Part shown: piece after piece, positions 1 to 11,345 of the stretch
How the letters are laid out: every line of letters begins with the position of its first letter
Numbering within the stretch: the stretch's first letter is position 1
Source of the DNA: Camelus ferus
Lineage: Eukaryota
Direction: 5' to 3'
Assembly: GCF_009834535.1 (NCBI RefSeq)
Contig: NC_045696.1
Span: 63,056,001 to 63,120,000 of the forward strand
Length of the DNA: 64,000 nt
Made by a program: the position numbers and the translations under genes
The notes under the pieces: generated by a model
Told to the model about the DNA's origin: nothing
Seen by the model: the letters and a program-made list of their open reading frames with translations, nothing else
Database searches by the model: none

Positions 1-1994
1 ATTGCTGTGGCCACATACAGCCGTGATCTTGGGTAAGTCCCATACACTCTCCAGGCTTCATTCCCTCTGTTCATCTGAGATCTGTGCCTGGAGTTGGAGA
101 AGCAGCCAAGGAGAGAACCAGAGCCTCCCAGTCCTGCTGCATCACTCAAGGCTGGGAATTCCAATAAGCTAGGAAGGAGCCATGGAGGGAAGGACATGGG
201 CTAAGGCGGAAGATTCCAGAAGGACCCTCAAGCCCACAATGCCTGCAAGGGCCAAACACCAGGGCTGCTCAGAGTTATGAGCCACCATGGAGCATCAGTG
301 TCTTAGGATGAGATGAACCAAAAATAAGCAGGAAACATCGCTTGAATACAGTCTTCCCGGTGGGGCTTGACTTAGCTAGGTTCAATGTTGGCTGTTTATT
401 TCAGATCTGTGGCAAAGGAAAAGTGAGCTCTGTGTGCAGACTAGTAGCTGGGTCCCAGGACAAGCAGAACAGAAGTACACATCAGCTCTGGAAGGAAAAG
501 CCAATTCGCCCTTCAGGGCGGCCTGGGGGCTGTTTCTGTTCTGCCTACCCTACAAGTTACCCAAGGTAAAAGTTAAGGGAAAACTTCATGAAGAATCTGT
601 AAATTATTAAATGTTTTTCGAGAAAGAGTTTGGGAAATGGAAAAAAATGAAGATTGCAGTGGTTTTTTTCCCACTGTTATGATGCCAGGGGAGCAGCCCA
701 AGGAGGGAAGGGGCCCAAAAGGATGTTGTGGTACTTGCAGGGATCAGAGTCTTAAATGGACATTAGGATCACAGGCCACAGTGTGGGTGGGGAGGAAAAG
801 AAAATACAATGCTTGCCCCCTACCCCCAGCCCAGACCAAGTGAGTCATGTTCTCTAGGGGTGGAGCTAGGGCTTGGAGGGGAGCTGGTTATTGCTGTGTT
901 GTTTGGGGTTTTTTAGCACCCTAGAGGGTTCTAAGGTTCTGCAAGGTGGAGAACTACTGTTGGAAAGTCTTCTCCAGAGCTGGAGGCTGGGGCTCAGGCT
1001 GTCCCATGGGAGCATGAGCACCCAGAGTTAACTGGAGGAAATTGGGGTTGAGAGAGGGGAGGGGCAGAAGGACGAGGGGGAAGTAGCCTGGTAGGAAGAA
1101 GAACGATCAGAACCTGAAAGGCCTGCCAACATTAATTGCTAAATTTGACCCTAGGAAAAGTTAAATTAATGTGTTGTGTCTTGTGCAGACACTGTGCTCG
1201 GAGCCTTGACAAGTGAGACATTATGCAATCATGACATCATGCCAACCCAGTGAGGCCAGCATCCATGCCCCAGTTACTAGAGGAAGAAAGAGAGGTCCAG
1301 AGAGGTGACGTGGTTTGCCTAAAGTCATCTGGCTGCTTGCTGGCTGAGCTGGGATTCCAGAACAGGTCTACTGATTCTAAGACCAGATGGGAGCACGAGT
1401 GAGGAGGCCCAGACTGAATTTTCTAGGAATGTTGGCACTGACTTGGACTGAACTTATTTTTATGAAGAAAAAAGAAGATGAGACAGATAGATTAATAAGT
1501 GCATGATACCAGGACATGAGAGCCACGCATTATCTGAGCACCTGGGAAAGCCTGAGGGAGATGCAACAATCAGGATTTCCAGGCCTCAAGATTCCCCTGC
1601 CCCTTGGCAGGAGGTGGGTGTGAACTTGTGCTGTTCTTACCCAAGCCCCAGGGGGACAAAGGCTGGAGTCCCGCAAGTAATTCCACGCCGGCAGGAAGTA
1701 CACCACTGCAAAGGTAGTCAGGGGCTGAACCTTGGTGCTGAGACTTGGTTTGATTCCCAGCAGTCAGCAGATCGGAGAGCAGCTGCCAGATGGGACATGA
1801 AACAGGAAGGGGAAGGAGGCACCGCACGTGTGGGTGGGTGGGTGGGAGCACGCACCACGCGCAGGGCGGCATCCGGGGCCCTCCCAGCCTGGTATCATCA
1901 CATCCAGCGCTTGCGAGCCCATTTCTTCCCTGGTCACCTCTGCCTGTCTCATGCTCAGAACATCCTGGGTTGGTGCCCTACTTTCTCCTGTAAC

Positions 1995-2780
1995 TCTATT
2001 TTTTTTATTATTATTATGAAATAGTTCCAAAAGGCAAGAGAATTTAAAGAATGATGTAACTCGTAAACATCACCAGGCTGTGTCAAATACTAACATTCTT
2101 TTCCGTATTTGCTTCAGACATACAGTCTAAAAGACAGAACTTCACAGATGTCCTTGAAGCTTCCATATACCACTCCCTGCTTTTTCCTTTTTCTATTCCC
2201 AGGAGAAAACTACTCTCTGGAATTTAATGTTTATTATTCTCATGCATGACTTTACTTTCTCTATATATGGACGTCCATGGATTGTGGTATTTTCACGTAT
2301 TTTTAACTTAATCTTAATGGAATCATAAAAGTAAATGGTATAAATTAATATAGTGTTATTAAATTATAATAATGTATTTTATATAATAAATATATAAAAT
2401 ATGATAGTCAACAAATAAATACGGTATTACTATGGATGAAATGAAACAGCTACTTGCTTTGTTTTTTGCTGACACTCTGAATTTGGGATTCATCTATGTT
2501 AATGCTAATTTACTTACTTTGATGCTGAATAGGATCTCATTGTATGAAAATATTCTAATTTATATCCATCCTCTTTTTGATGGAAAGCAATTTATCCACT
2601 TTTTCTCCCCCATTGCTCCAATTTTTCACTATTGCAAACAACGGCGTAATGTTTTCCTGCGCATGCGTGGGCTGTCCCGGCTGTACACCCAGGAGTGGCG
2701 TTGCTGGGCTGGGGGAATGCACATCCTTCGTCGTACGCTCGAATCTCTTTTGCGCCTCTTTGCCGAAACCTTGTTATCAT
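1995..2780 (-). mobile_element. Old L1 (L1ME-like) 3' fragment
   Basis: Degenerate antisense L1M 3' UTR phrases (tttatccatcctc..., ccaggagtggcgttgctgggc). Confidence 0.55.
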
Positions 2781-3389
2781 GGGTATTTCCCCAGACAGGA
2801 GCATTCCTGGAACCGAGGACAAGATGAGGAAATGCTACCCACAGGAACAGAAACTGCTGATCATAAGGTCTCGGTTGATACCTGAGCGTCCACTCTGAGC
2901 TGGGCTGTGTGTGCTTGTCAGTGAGTCAAGGCCTGGAGCCCAGATGCTCTCCAAGAGCTAAGAAACTTGAACTGCCTGACTGGGACCTGAAGCCCACAGT
3001 GACCCGAGCAGCAACGTTTTGGGACCCAACCTCAAACACACAGCTGCCCTGTCTCTCTTTTTTCTTTTTAAATATTTAACTTCATTTTCCCTTGACTATC
3101 AAAGAAATAGGTACTCTTAACATACACTTCATAAAATATATTTTATGTTAATCACCCAAAATATCACTCCTCAGAGACATTTACTAGTAACATTTTAGCC
3201 TATTTATCTTCAGTCTTTTTTCTTAGCGTTTTCTCCTTACATATATATTCTATTGTATTCTGATTTTTAACGTCAATTTATAGCATTTTCCGTATTGTTA
3301 GATACTCTATACATAATTTTAATGAATTGAAATTAGTCTTTCACTTAGTTTTCTGTTATCTACTTAATCAGATACCTAATTATCTACTT

Positions 3390-3612
3390 AATCCCCCTCA
3401 GTACCCATTGTTGCAGGAGCCCCTGTGTGTACCAAAATCCTGGGATGCTCAAGTCCCTTATATAAAACAGTGGAGTACCAGGAATACAGTTAGCTCTCCA
3501 TGTCTGTGAGTCCACAAATAAGGAGATCCAACTGTATGTTTATTGAAAAAAAAAATTCGGGTATAAGGGGACCCATGCCGTTCAATACTGTGTTGTTCAA
3601 GGGTCAACTGTG
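3390..3612 (+). mobile_element. TcMar-Tigger non-autonomous element (MER2/MER8/Tigger2-like)
   Basis: taccaaaatcc...gatgctcaagtccct and the terminal gtgttgttcaagggtcaactg. Confidence 0.75.
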
Positions 3613-4200
3613 TATTGGATATTCAGGTTATTTCCAATTTCTGTTTTTACAGTTAAAACACAGTGTCCGTATTTGGGGATAAATCTTTGATGAACTTTCA
3701 GATCCTTAAGAGAGGATCTTAGAAGCATAATTCCTAGAAGGGCAAAGGGCATTTGTAAAGCTTTGGATGTTACCAAACTGTTCTAGAAAGACGACCATGT
3801 TATGGGCCCACTAACAAAGTGTTTAGAATGCCTAGATGGCCTCCCTTCACCCACACGAATTGTGAGAGTGCTTTACACTGGGGTTCAGATGTGGAAGGAA
3901 AGGGTACCTTTACATGCCAGCGTGCCCAGCCACAGACTGTCAGGTTTGGTGGAGTAGAATGTTTGGCATCCTCCCAAGCAGTGTGTACTAAGCTGCTTTC
4001 CTTCCATGAGAACTAACAAGACAGCAAAATGGATGAATCACACTGTGGGAAAGTTAGACTCAAGAACCAGGTCTCATATACAGTAGACAGTCGAAATAGG
4101 CCACTGGGACAGATGAGGATGTATTATTTAAATATCCTTAGATTGAAAGCAAAGACAAAAAGACTGGGTAATTCAGGCAAATCAAAAATACTGGGATAAA

Positions 4201-4338
4201 AAGGCTGTGTCTACTGTTGGGCCGGTTGTATACTGTACAACTCAGGCAGCAGAGAATCATTCATGTTATTGTCTATGTGAATGGCACTTCCTACAGTTGT
4301 GCAGTGTACAACCTACACAACCATATATAGCAGCCCTG
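4201..4338. mobile_element. MER91C-like palindromic hAT MITE
   Basis: Inverted arms ggttgtatactgtacaact and agttgtgcagtgtacaacc; end cagccctg. Confidence 0.7.
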
Positions 4339-4356
4339 CTGGAATATCTCATAGGA

Positions 4357-4625
4357 CAGTGTTTATCAAACAATCTGTGCTGAAGGACCAGGTATTTTAT
4401 TATTGTTATCATTATCTTTTTTAAATCCATTGTAGATCAGTACTTTGGTAAATTAAATAAATATGAATTACTAGAAAAATAAAATGCCACTTGCTGTCTC
4501 AGCAATGTCAATTACTATAAAAGTTATTAAACACTCAGTTTCTGAATTTTCCTCACTATGGACCGGTAACGCACAGTTTGGGAAACAGCACTCACTGGTT
4601 CACAAACCACACTTGATTACACTGA
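4357..4625 (-). mobile_element. hAT-Charlie-like DNA transposon remnant
   Basis: cagtg...cactg termini and Charlie-like internal sequence (gttaccggtcc on the minus strand). Confidence 0.55.
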
Positions 4626-5083
4626 GTAGTACTGACATAGGTTTTCCAAACTGCACAAAAGTGGGAATGGAACGAGACATCCAGAGCCAGAACCAAGCAG
4701 TCAAATACATCTGGACTCTCCATGTCCCATGTTTTTCCCTCTGCCAGTTAGTACTATTAAACTCCACCACAGAATAGCTGTCTCCAGATGGGAGAAAACC
4801 TAACAACTAACAGCTCTTTACATTTTACGTCTTCCAACCTTAGCCACCAGAGGAAGGATCATTGGTCCCAAGCCCAAAGATTTCAGAAAAGGGGCTTAGT
4901 GGCCCAGCCCAGGTCTACTGCTCACTCCTGTGACCAAGAGCTGTGTCCCTTGTGGTCAAGAAAACTTCAGCTCCCTCGGGAACCATGTGAATGGGGCTGG
5001 GAGCAGTTCTCTGAAGATGAGTATGGTGTTGCCAGAAATGAGCAACTGTGGATGTGCCATGCAGATAAAACAGTACGTTTCCA

Positions 5084-5243
5084 GGGGGAAGGGTATAGCT
5101 CAGTGATATAGTATGTGCTTAGTGTGCATGAGGTCCTGGGTTCAATACCCAGAACCTCTGCCATAAACAAACAAATAAACAAACAAACAAAAAACAAACA
5201 AACAAAATTACCCCCCCCAAAAAAAGAAAGAAAAGGAGGATTT
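5084..5243 (+). mobile_element. tRNA-derived SINE (camelid Vic-1-like)
   Basis: ggggaagggtatagctcagt...ggtcctgggttcaatacccag (A and B boxes), (AAAC)n tail, degraded TSD aaaacagtacgtttcca / aaaagcagtaggcttcca. Confidence 0.85.
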
Positions 5244-5289
5244 AAAAGCAGTAGGCTTCCAATTATTAGGTCTATGTTTTCCTATATCT

Positions 5290-5572
5290 ATATTCCACTG
5301 AATACTTTTTCTGAAATATATTCCCCTCCAAAAAAGGGTTTATTGTCAAATAAATGTGTAAAAACATTTTAGATTTTATCACCCTCATAGAGATTTATAA
5401 ATCATATTACTATATTAAAGGCTCTGAGAAGTCCTGTAAAAAGGAAACTTATTTAACTGTGTTGAATCCAGTGTTTCCTGACCTCATTTGATCACTGAAA
5501 CCTTTTTTAACGTAACCTCCTGTAACACCCCCGTGGGATCCGTGTTCTAATAACACGTTTTGAGAAAACCTT
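5290..5572. mobile_element. MER119-like hAT-Charlie element
   Basis: tattaaaggctctgagaagtcctg...aacacgttttgagaaa signature. Confidence 0.65.
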
Positions 5573-6889
5573 GTAGGTGATAGATGTTCTCCAGAAAGAT
5601 GTGACTCAAATCCGTTAAAAAAGAAAACAAACAAAAATTTTTTAAACCAGAGAGCTGAATATTTATAGAAACTGGTAAATTATTCACAAAGAGTTGCTTT
5701 ATAGCATATGTTAAACACCATCAAAACTACCAGCTTCTAGGCTCAGAGTTTTTTATGTCCAATCTTTTTAACATAGGACCAGTCTCTGCAACTTCAAACC
5801 TCCTTTCCCAGGGCACTCTCTCAGGTTGCTCAGAACTCTTCATGTGATGTCTGGTACCCTGCCCCCTCTGAGGTAAGGTGTATCTTTATACCATTATGTG
5901 GTTGGCCACTGCGGTTTGCAAAACCAACTTAATAGCACAGGGCATCTGCTCTACCCTGTGTGCTCACGTAATAAAAAGGCCCACTGGGGTGAGCAACACT
6001 TGAGAGCAGTGTTAACAGCACCCTACATCTGAGGAAGCTTGCAGGTGGGGCCAACATTATTAAGTATAATGAAAGCCTTCTCCTCTCGAGAATGAGAGAT
6101 GAGAACCTTGCACCAGATCCGCCAACTGGATTACAGGCGCAGCTAAAGGACAGAGTAAACTGCCTGGACAGTCAGGATCAGACGGCATAATAGAATTGGC
6201 CACCACGTCTGGAAACAGGCAAATATATAATAAATGGTTTATGAATATGGCCTTAGAAAGTATGATAAAATAATATCTGTGTTTCCGGACTTTGTGGCCA
6301 TTCTGTAGCCAAAGCTAGGGTTTATGTCAGGCAGTTACTAACAGTCAGGAGGCACTGTTCTAAATATTTCACCGGAAATAATAGCTAATTTAATTCTCAT
6401 GACATCCCTTTGAAGCAGGTACTGTCATCATTTCCACAGGAATAGGTGTGGAGATTGTAGCACAGAGGGACTGAGTATCTGGCCCAGGTCACATGGTTGG
6501 CAAGTGGCGGAGCCGAGCTTGAGCCCCGGAAGCCTCACTGTGGAGCTCATCCTTGGACCCATCACACTGCAGCTGCCTCCCCAGGGGGCCTAAGTCCCTA
6601 TGCTTTGCTGAATAACAAGCAGGGATGTAGGGTTCTCTAGCTTGATTTAAAACAAACAAAAAAGTGGCTTAGGAATAATCACTGAAACTAACATCTGTGC
6701 TGTTCTTTGCTGTTTGGGCCTCATCACAACCCATTACAGAAAACCAGGCAGGACCAACAGCCCCACTTTATAGACTAGGAAGATGCACCTTTAACGGGAT
6801 CCCTACCAACCAAGTGGCAGAAACAAGTTCTCTGACTTCAAGAGTCTCTGGGTTTTAACATTTCCTGTGTGGGGATCTGTGCTAACCAA

Positions 6890-7240
6890 CACTTACCATG
6901 GCCCCCAGTGATCCCTACCTCTTTGTTATCCTCCCCCACATCGAATAAGACTCCCCTGTGTGACCCCCAGGATATTGCAGAAATGGTGATGGTGACTTCT
7001 GCAGCTAAGTCATAAAAGACTTTGGAGCTTCTGCCTTCTCTGGATTGCTCACCCTGAAGGAAGCCAGCTGCCGTGTTATGAGGATGCTCCAGCAGCCCCA
7101 GAGAGAGCCCCTCCGCCCCCGTGCACACCTGCACGAATGAGCCAGCCCTGTGAGTGAGCTCATGGAAGCAGCTCCCCCAGCCCCAGTCAGCTGACTGTAG
7201 CCCCAGCTGACATCTTGACTGCGATTTCACTAGAGACCCT
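6890..7240 (+). mobile_element. MaLR LTR (MLT1-like)
   Basis: atggcccccagtgatcc...ctgactgtagccccagctgacatcttgactgc. Confidence 0.7.
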
Positions 7241-7470
7241 GAGATGGTTATTTTGCTGGGTCAGTTTGACAGGCTGTGAGGTGTCCCGGTTAAACATTAA
7301 TTCTGGAAGTGTCTGTGAAGGCGTTTCCGGATGAGATCAGCATTTGGATCTGTGGACTCAGTAAGAATAACTGCCCTCCCCAGTGTGGGTGGGCACCGTG
7401 GAATCCACTGAGGGCCTGCGTAGGACCAACGGTAGAGGAAGGAGGAATTCATCCCTCTTCTTCCTGCCTC
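7241..7470 (+). mobile_element. ERVL LTR (MLT2-like) 5' part
   Basis: gatggttattttgctgggtcagtttgac...gagatcagcatttggatc...ctgccctccccagtgtgggtgggcacc. Confidence 0.7.
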
Positions 7471-9175
7471 ACCCCTTTGTCTTCACACACACAGTGAACC
7501 CCAAGATGCTTCTCTGATGAACCATGATGCTCTTCATGCCCACCTTGATATTCCATCAGCCTAAAATGCCCTGTCCCTAGTCCAGATCCCACTCCTCCCC
7601 ACTTGTCTCCACATCCCATGTTTTATGGAGAACTCAGTGGGGGAACTTACCATGGAAGCATGGCTAGCTCTGTGCCCCTTCTTTTCTTGCCCCTTACCAA
7701 AGCCACAAGCTCCTTGAGGGCAGGACCCTAGAGTGAGTCCTCTATTCTTCAGGGCTGGCACTGTGTCCTGGCCTAATGGGAGAGCCTGGCTGGGCTGGAG
7801 AGGGGAGGGTGGTGCTCAGAGACTGTGGGGTGAGGCAGTGGGAATCTGCAGAACCAGGAACCTCTCCCACCCTGAAGCCTAGGAAGGCTCCTGGCAGACA
7901 GGGGTACAGGTTACTGTGGTGGGGGAGTGTGGAGGAGGGGAGTGAGGAACAAGAGCCCTTCCAGAACTCTCTGCTATGTCTGAGGCTCCCAGAACTTCAC
8001 CCTCATTTGTTTTCTCTATCCCTCTTCTGGGACTGCACATCCCACTCTGCAGGGTTAAAATCCCATTTCAGGTTCTGTGTCTGTTATGTTGCTTTAAATT
8101 GAGTAATTATGGGCTCAAACAACCACTTAGCCACATGTTAAAAGCTCTGGTCCAGACCCTGACCCCAAGGCTGGAGGACAGCCCTTCCTCTTTACCCAAA
8201 AACATTCAAACTCAAGTCTCAGGTCACATGGACAATGTCTTGGATCTCAGAAAGTTTCCTTAAAATAATTGCAAGAAAACAGCCTTGGCAGGTTAGCTCT
8301 GCTCCAGTTACTAACAGACTTGGCAAATCTCTTCACTCAGCCCATTTTTCCATCTGAAAAAGGAAGTCAGTGACCAGATGATCACTAAGATTCTAAGCCA
8401 AATCCCCATTCTGTGCCTTAATTTTCTCATCTATAAAATGGGAATAATCTCTACCCATCTCTGAAGGCTAGTAAAGATCAAATGAGATAATGTGGGTATA
8501 AAAATACTCTTGTGGGGTATAACTATAAAATATTAGTTATCATTATCTGTAAAATTTAATGAATGAGATAAAAGTCTTTGGTAAACATTCTTGGTTGATT
8601 TAAATTGATTTTAACATGATTATAGCCATCAGGGCGAAAGTGAATTTAAGAGAAAAGCAAGAGTGCACTAAAGGTGAGACCTCCTAAATGGGGACTCTTC
8701 ATGTAGTTGGGCAAACTCGTACATCAGACATCTCCTTGGTGAGCTACGAACAGTCACTGCAGGCCAGGCCTGTATCAATAGTCCTCATTATGGCTTTTTT
8801 ACCCCACAAGGTCTACACAAAGCATTGGCCATTAGAATCCAGGCATGCCTGTTTACTCTAAGGCTTGTCCTGAGTGTTCAGTCAGCCTTTTAACAGATGT
8901 GCTGAAGAGAATTAATGTAACTCACGCCTGTTCGGCTTTCCCAGGTGCAGCATAACTAAGTCACTATAGTATTTCAAAATGTCTTTGTTACATCTTTTTT
9001 ATTATCATTAGTATTATTCAGCCCTTCAAAAACCAGGTCAAGATTTCAGAAGTAAGCCACGTCTCCCTTTGATCTTCAAGATCATGGGCACACACACACA
9101 CTGCCCAGCAGCCTACATCCCCACGTCTCCACTCACAATAAAAGTAGAATTAGGAAATCTTTATAGTGTCCTTGA

Positions 9176-9382
9176 AAGTTTCTTCTGTGTAGCACAGGGA
9201 ACTATGTTCAATATCTTGTAATAACCTTTAATGAAAAATAATATGAAAACGAATATATGTATGTATATGCATGACTGGGACATTGTGCTGTACAGCAGAA
9301 ATTGACACATTGTAACTGATTGGATTTCAATTAAATACATATATACATACATACATACATACATACATATACACATACGTAA
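9176..9382 (+). mobile_element. 5'-truncated L1 3' terminus with (TACA)n tail
   Basis: ctgtgtagcacagggaactatgttcaatatc...; perfect 11-bp TSD agtgtccttga at 9165-9175 and 9383-9393. Confidence 0.85.
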
Positions 9383-9709
9383 AGTGTCCTTGAGAATCAG
9401 GACTCCCAGAGCGATTGAAGCCAGGGACAGCAAGAGGAATCCATGTCGCTCCACAGCTTTTGCCTGAAAGTCATGGTTGATCACTCTTCCAAGCCTCCAA
9501 CCAAAGACTGACACTCCCTTTAATCTTACTCGGTAGATTAGTGGAGAAGCTCTTGTTGGTAAATAACCACTGACCCCAGCCTCCCTGCGGTACTCCTGCT
9601 GTGTCACCTGGCCACCTAGGCCCTCCCTCCGTACACTCCCATCACACACGTGATATTGGGAGTGCCATCTGTGCACTCACTCCAATGGATGCTTAGAATA
9701 AAAGGTTGA

Positions 9710-10186
9710 CCAACCAAAAATGGGCGGAAGACCTAAATAGACATCTCTCCAAAGAAGACATCCAGGTGGCCAACAAGCACATGAAAAGATGCTCAACAAT
9801 CACTAATTGTCAGAGAAATGCAAGTCAAAACTACAATGAGGTATCACCTCACACCAGTCAGAATGGCCATCATTAAAAAATCCACAAATGATAAAGCCTG
9901 GAGAGAGTGTGGAGAAAAAGGAACCCTCCTACACTGTTCGTGGGAATGCAGTTTGGTGCAGCCACTATGAAAAACAATATGAAGATTCCTCAAAAAACTA
10001 AAAATAGACTTACTCTATGATCCAGCAATCCCACTCCTGGGCATATACTTGAAGGAAAATATAATTCAAAAAGACACATATACCTCAATGTTCACAGCAG
10101 CACCATTTACAATAGCCAAGACATGGAAACAACCCAAATGTTTATCAACAGATGACTGGTTAAAGATGTGAGATACACACACACAA

Positions 10187-10240
<54 letters not shown>

Positions 10241-10634
10241 GAATACTACTTAGCCATAATAAAGAATAAAATAATTCCATTTGCAGCAACATGGATGGAC
10301 CTGGAGACTGTCATTGTAAGTGAAGTAAATTAGAAGGAGAAAGAAAAATAACATATGATATCATAAATACGTGGAACCTAAAAAAAAGGACACAAATGAA
10401 CTTATCTGCAAAACAGAGAACAAACTCATGGTTACCAGGGGATAAAGTGGGTGGGAAGGGATAAACTGGGAATTCAAAATTTGCACCACTTGGGGAGTGA
10501 AGGAAATGCTAGCTATCTTAATTATGGTGGTGGTTTCATTGGTGTATACATCTATCAAAATTCATCAAATTGTACATCTGAAATATGTCTAGTTTACTGT
10601 ACAGGAATCATACCATAATAAAGGTGTTTTTTAA
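9710..10634 (+). mobile_element. L1 (degenerate ORF2 C-terminus plus 3' UTR) joined to a different L1M 3' end; internal (CA)n at about 10176-10238
   Basis: Classic L1 phrases (aaaatgggcggaagacctaaatagacat, ccagcaatcccactcctggg, gcagcaacatggatggacc); flanked by aaaaggttga on both sides. Confidence 0.85.
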
Positions 10635-11100
10635 AAAAGGTTGAACCCTAAGCAACTCACTTTTTCATCAATATACAGTTACTTAATCTACAAAGGTAGG
10701 CAGACATAGGTGGCCTTTTCCATAGGTGACCATCTGTCTTGCAACAATGTAAAAACCTTGCTGATGGAAGATACTGAGGAAGAAAGAACTTACTCTCCCC
10801 ATCACCCCAAAAGCAAGAATTAGCCTAGGCCCCCAGTCCACTGACCAGCAAATCAGAAACATCCTCTTGGTATCTGACAGGCAGCCCATTAGAAAACAGG
10901 CACAACAGTGTCCAATTGTCTTAACTCTAATTCGCTGTCATTGCAGGAGTTTTACTGTATTAGGTGCTCAAAAACTGTTTGTTGAGTGAATGAATAAATG
11001 TAATTTGTCTCACTCAAGAAAAAAAAAAGGAAAATAGGCATGAAAGCAAAGCCCTATGGTGCTGTTGTGAAGGGACTGGACATTATTAATAATAACATCA

Positions 11101-11345
11101 GACAGACACACATTACTGTATATAAAATATAAACAACAGGGACCTACTGTATAGCACAGGCAACTATACTCAATTTCTTTTAATAACATATAATGGAAAT
11201 GAATCTGAAAGGAAAAAATATATATGTAAATACATGTATAACTGAATCACTTTGCTGTACACCTGAAATTAACATTGTATATCAATACACTTCAATAAAA
11301 TTCTTTTAAATTAAAAAACTTACAAGAAGAAAACAAAAACAAAAT
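11101..11345 (+). mobile_element. L1 3' terminus fragment
   Basis: ctactgtatagcacagg...ataactgaatcactttgctgtacacc...aataaa, A-rich tail, approximate TSD aataataacatca / aataatatcatca. Confidence 0.8.

Noticed and set aside
1503..2024. 173-aa ORF (also 20587-21135, 9161-9676, 15179-15661, 57792-58289)
   Set aside because: No homology I recognise, no splice context, and several overlap repeats or start at non-ATG codons.
2696..2748. Possible Pol III A/B boxes (tggcgttgctgg ... gctcgaatc)
   Set aside because: Both deviate at key consensus positions and lie within an L1 remnant.
5084..5160. tRNA-like A/B boxes (also near 33445, 38220, 43800, 49302 and 62360)
   Set aside because: These are SINE heads with A-rich tails and TSDs, not cloverleaf tRNA genes.
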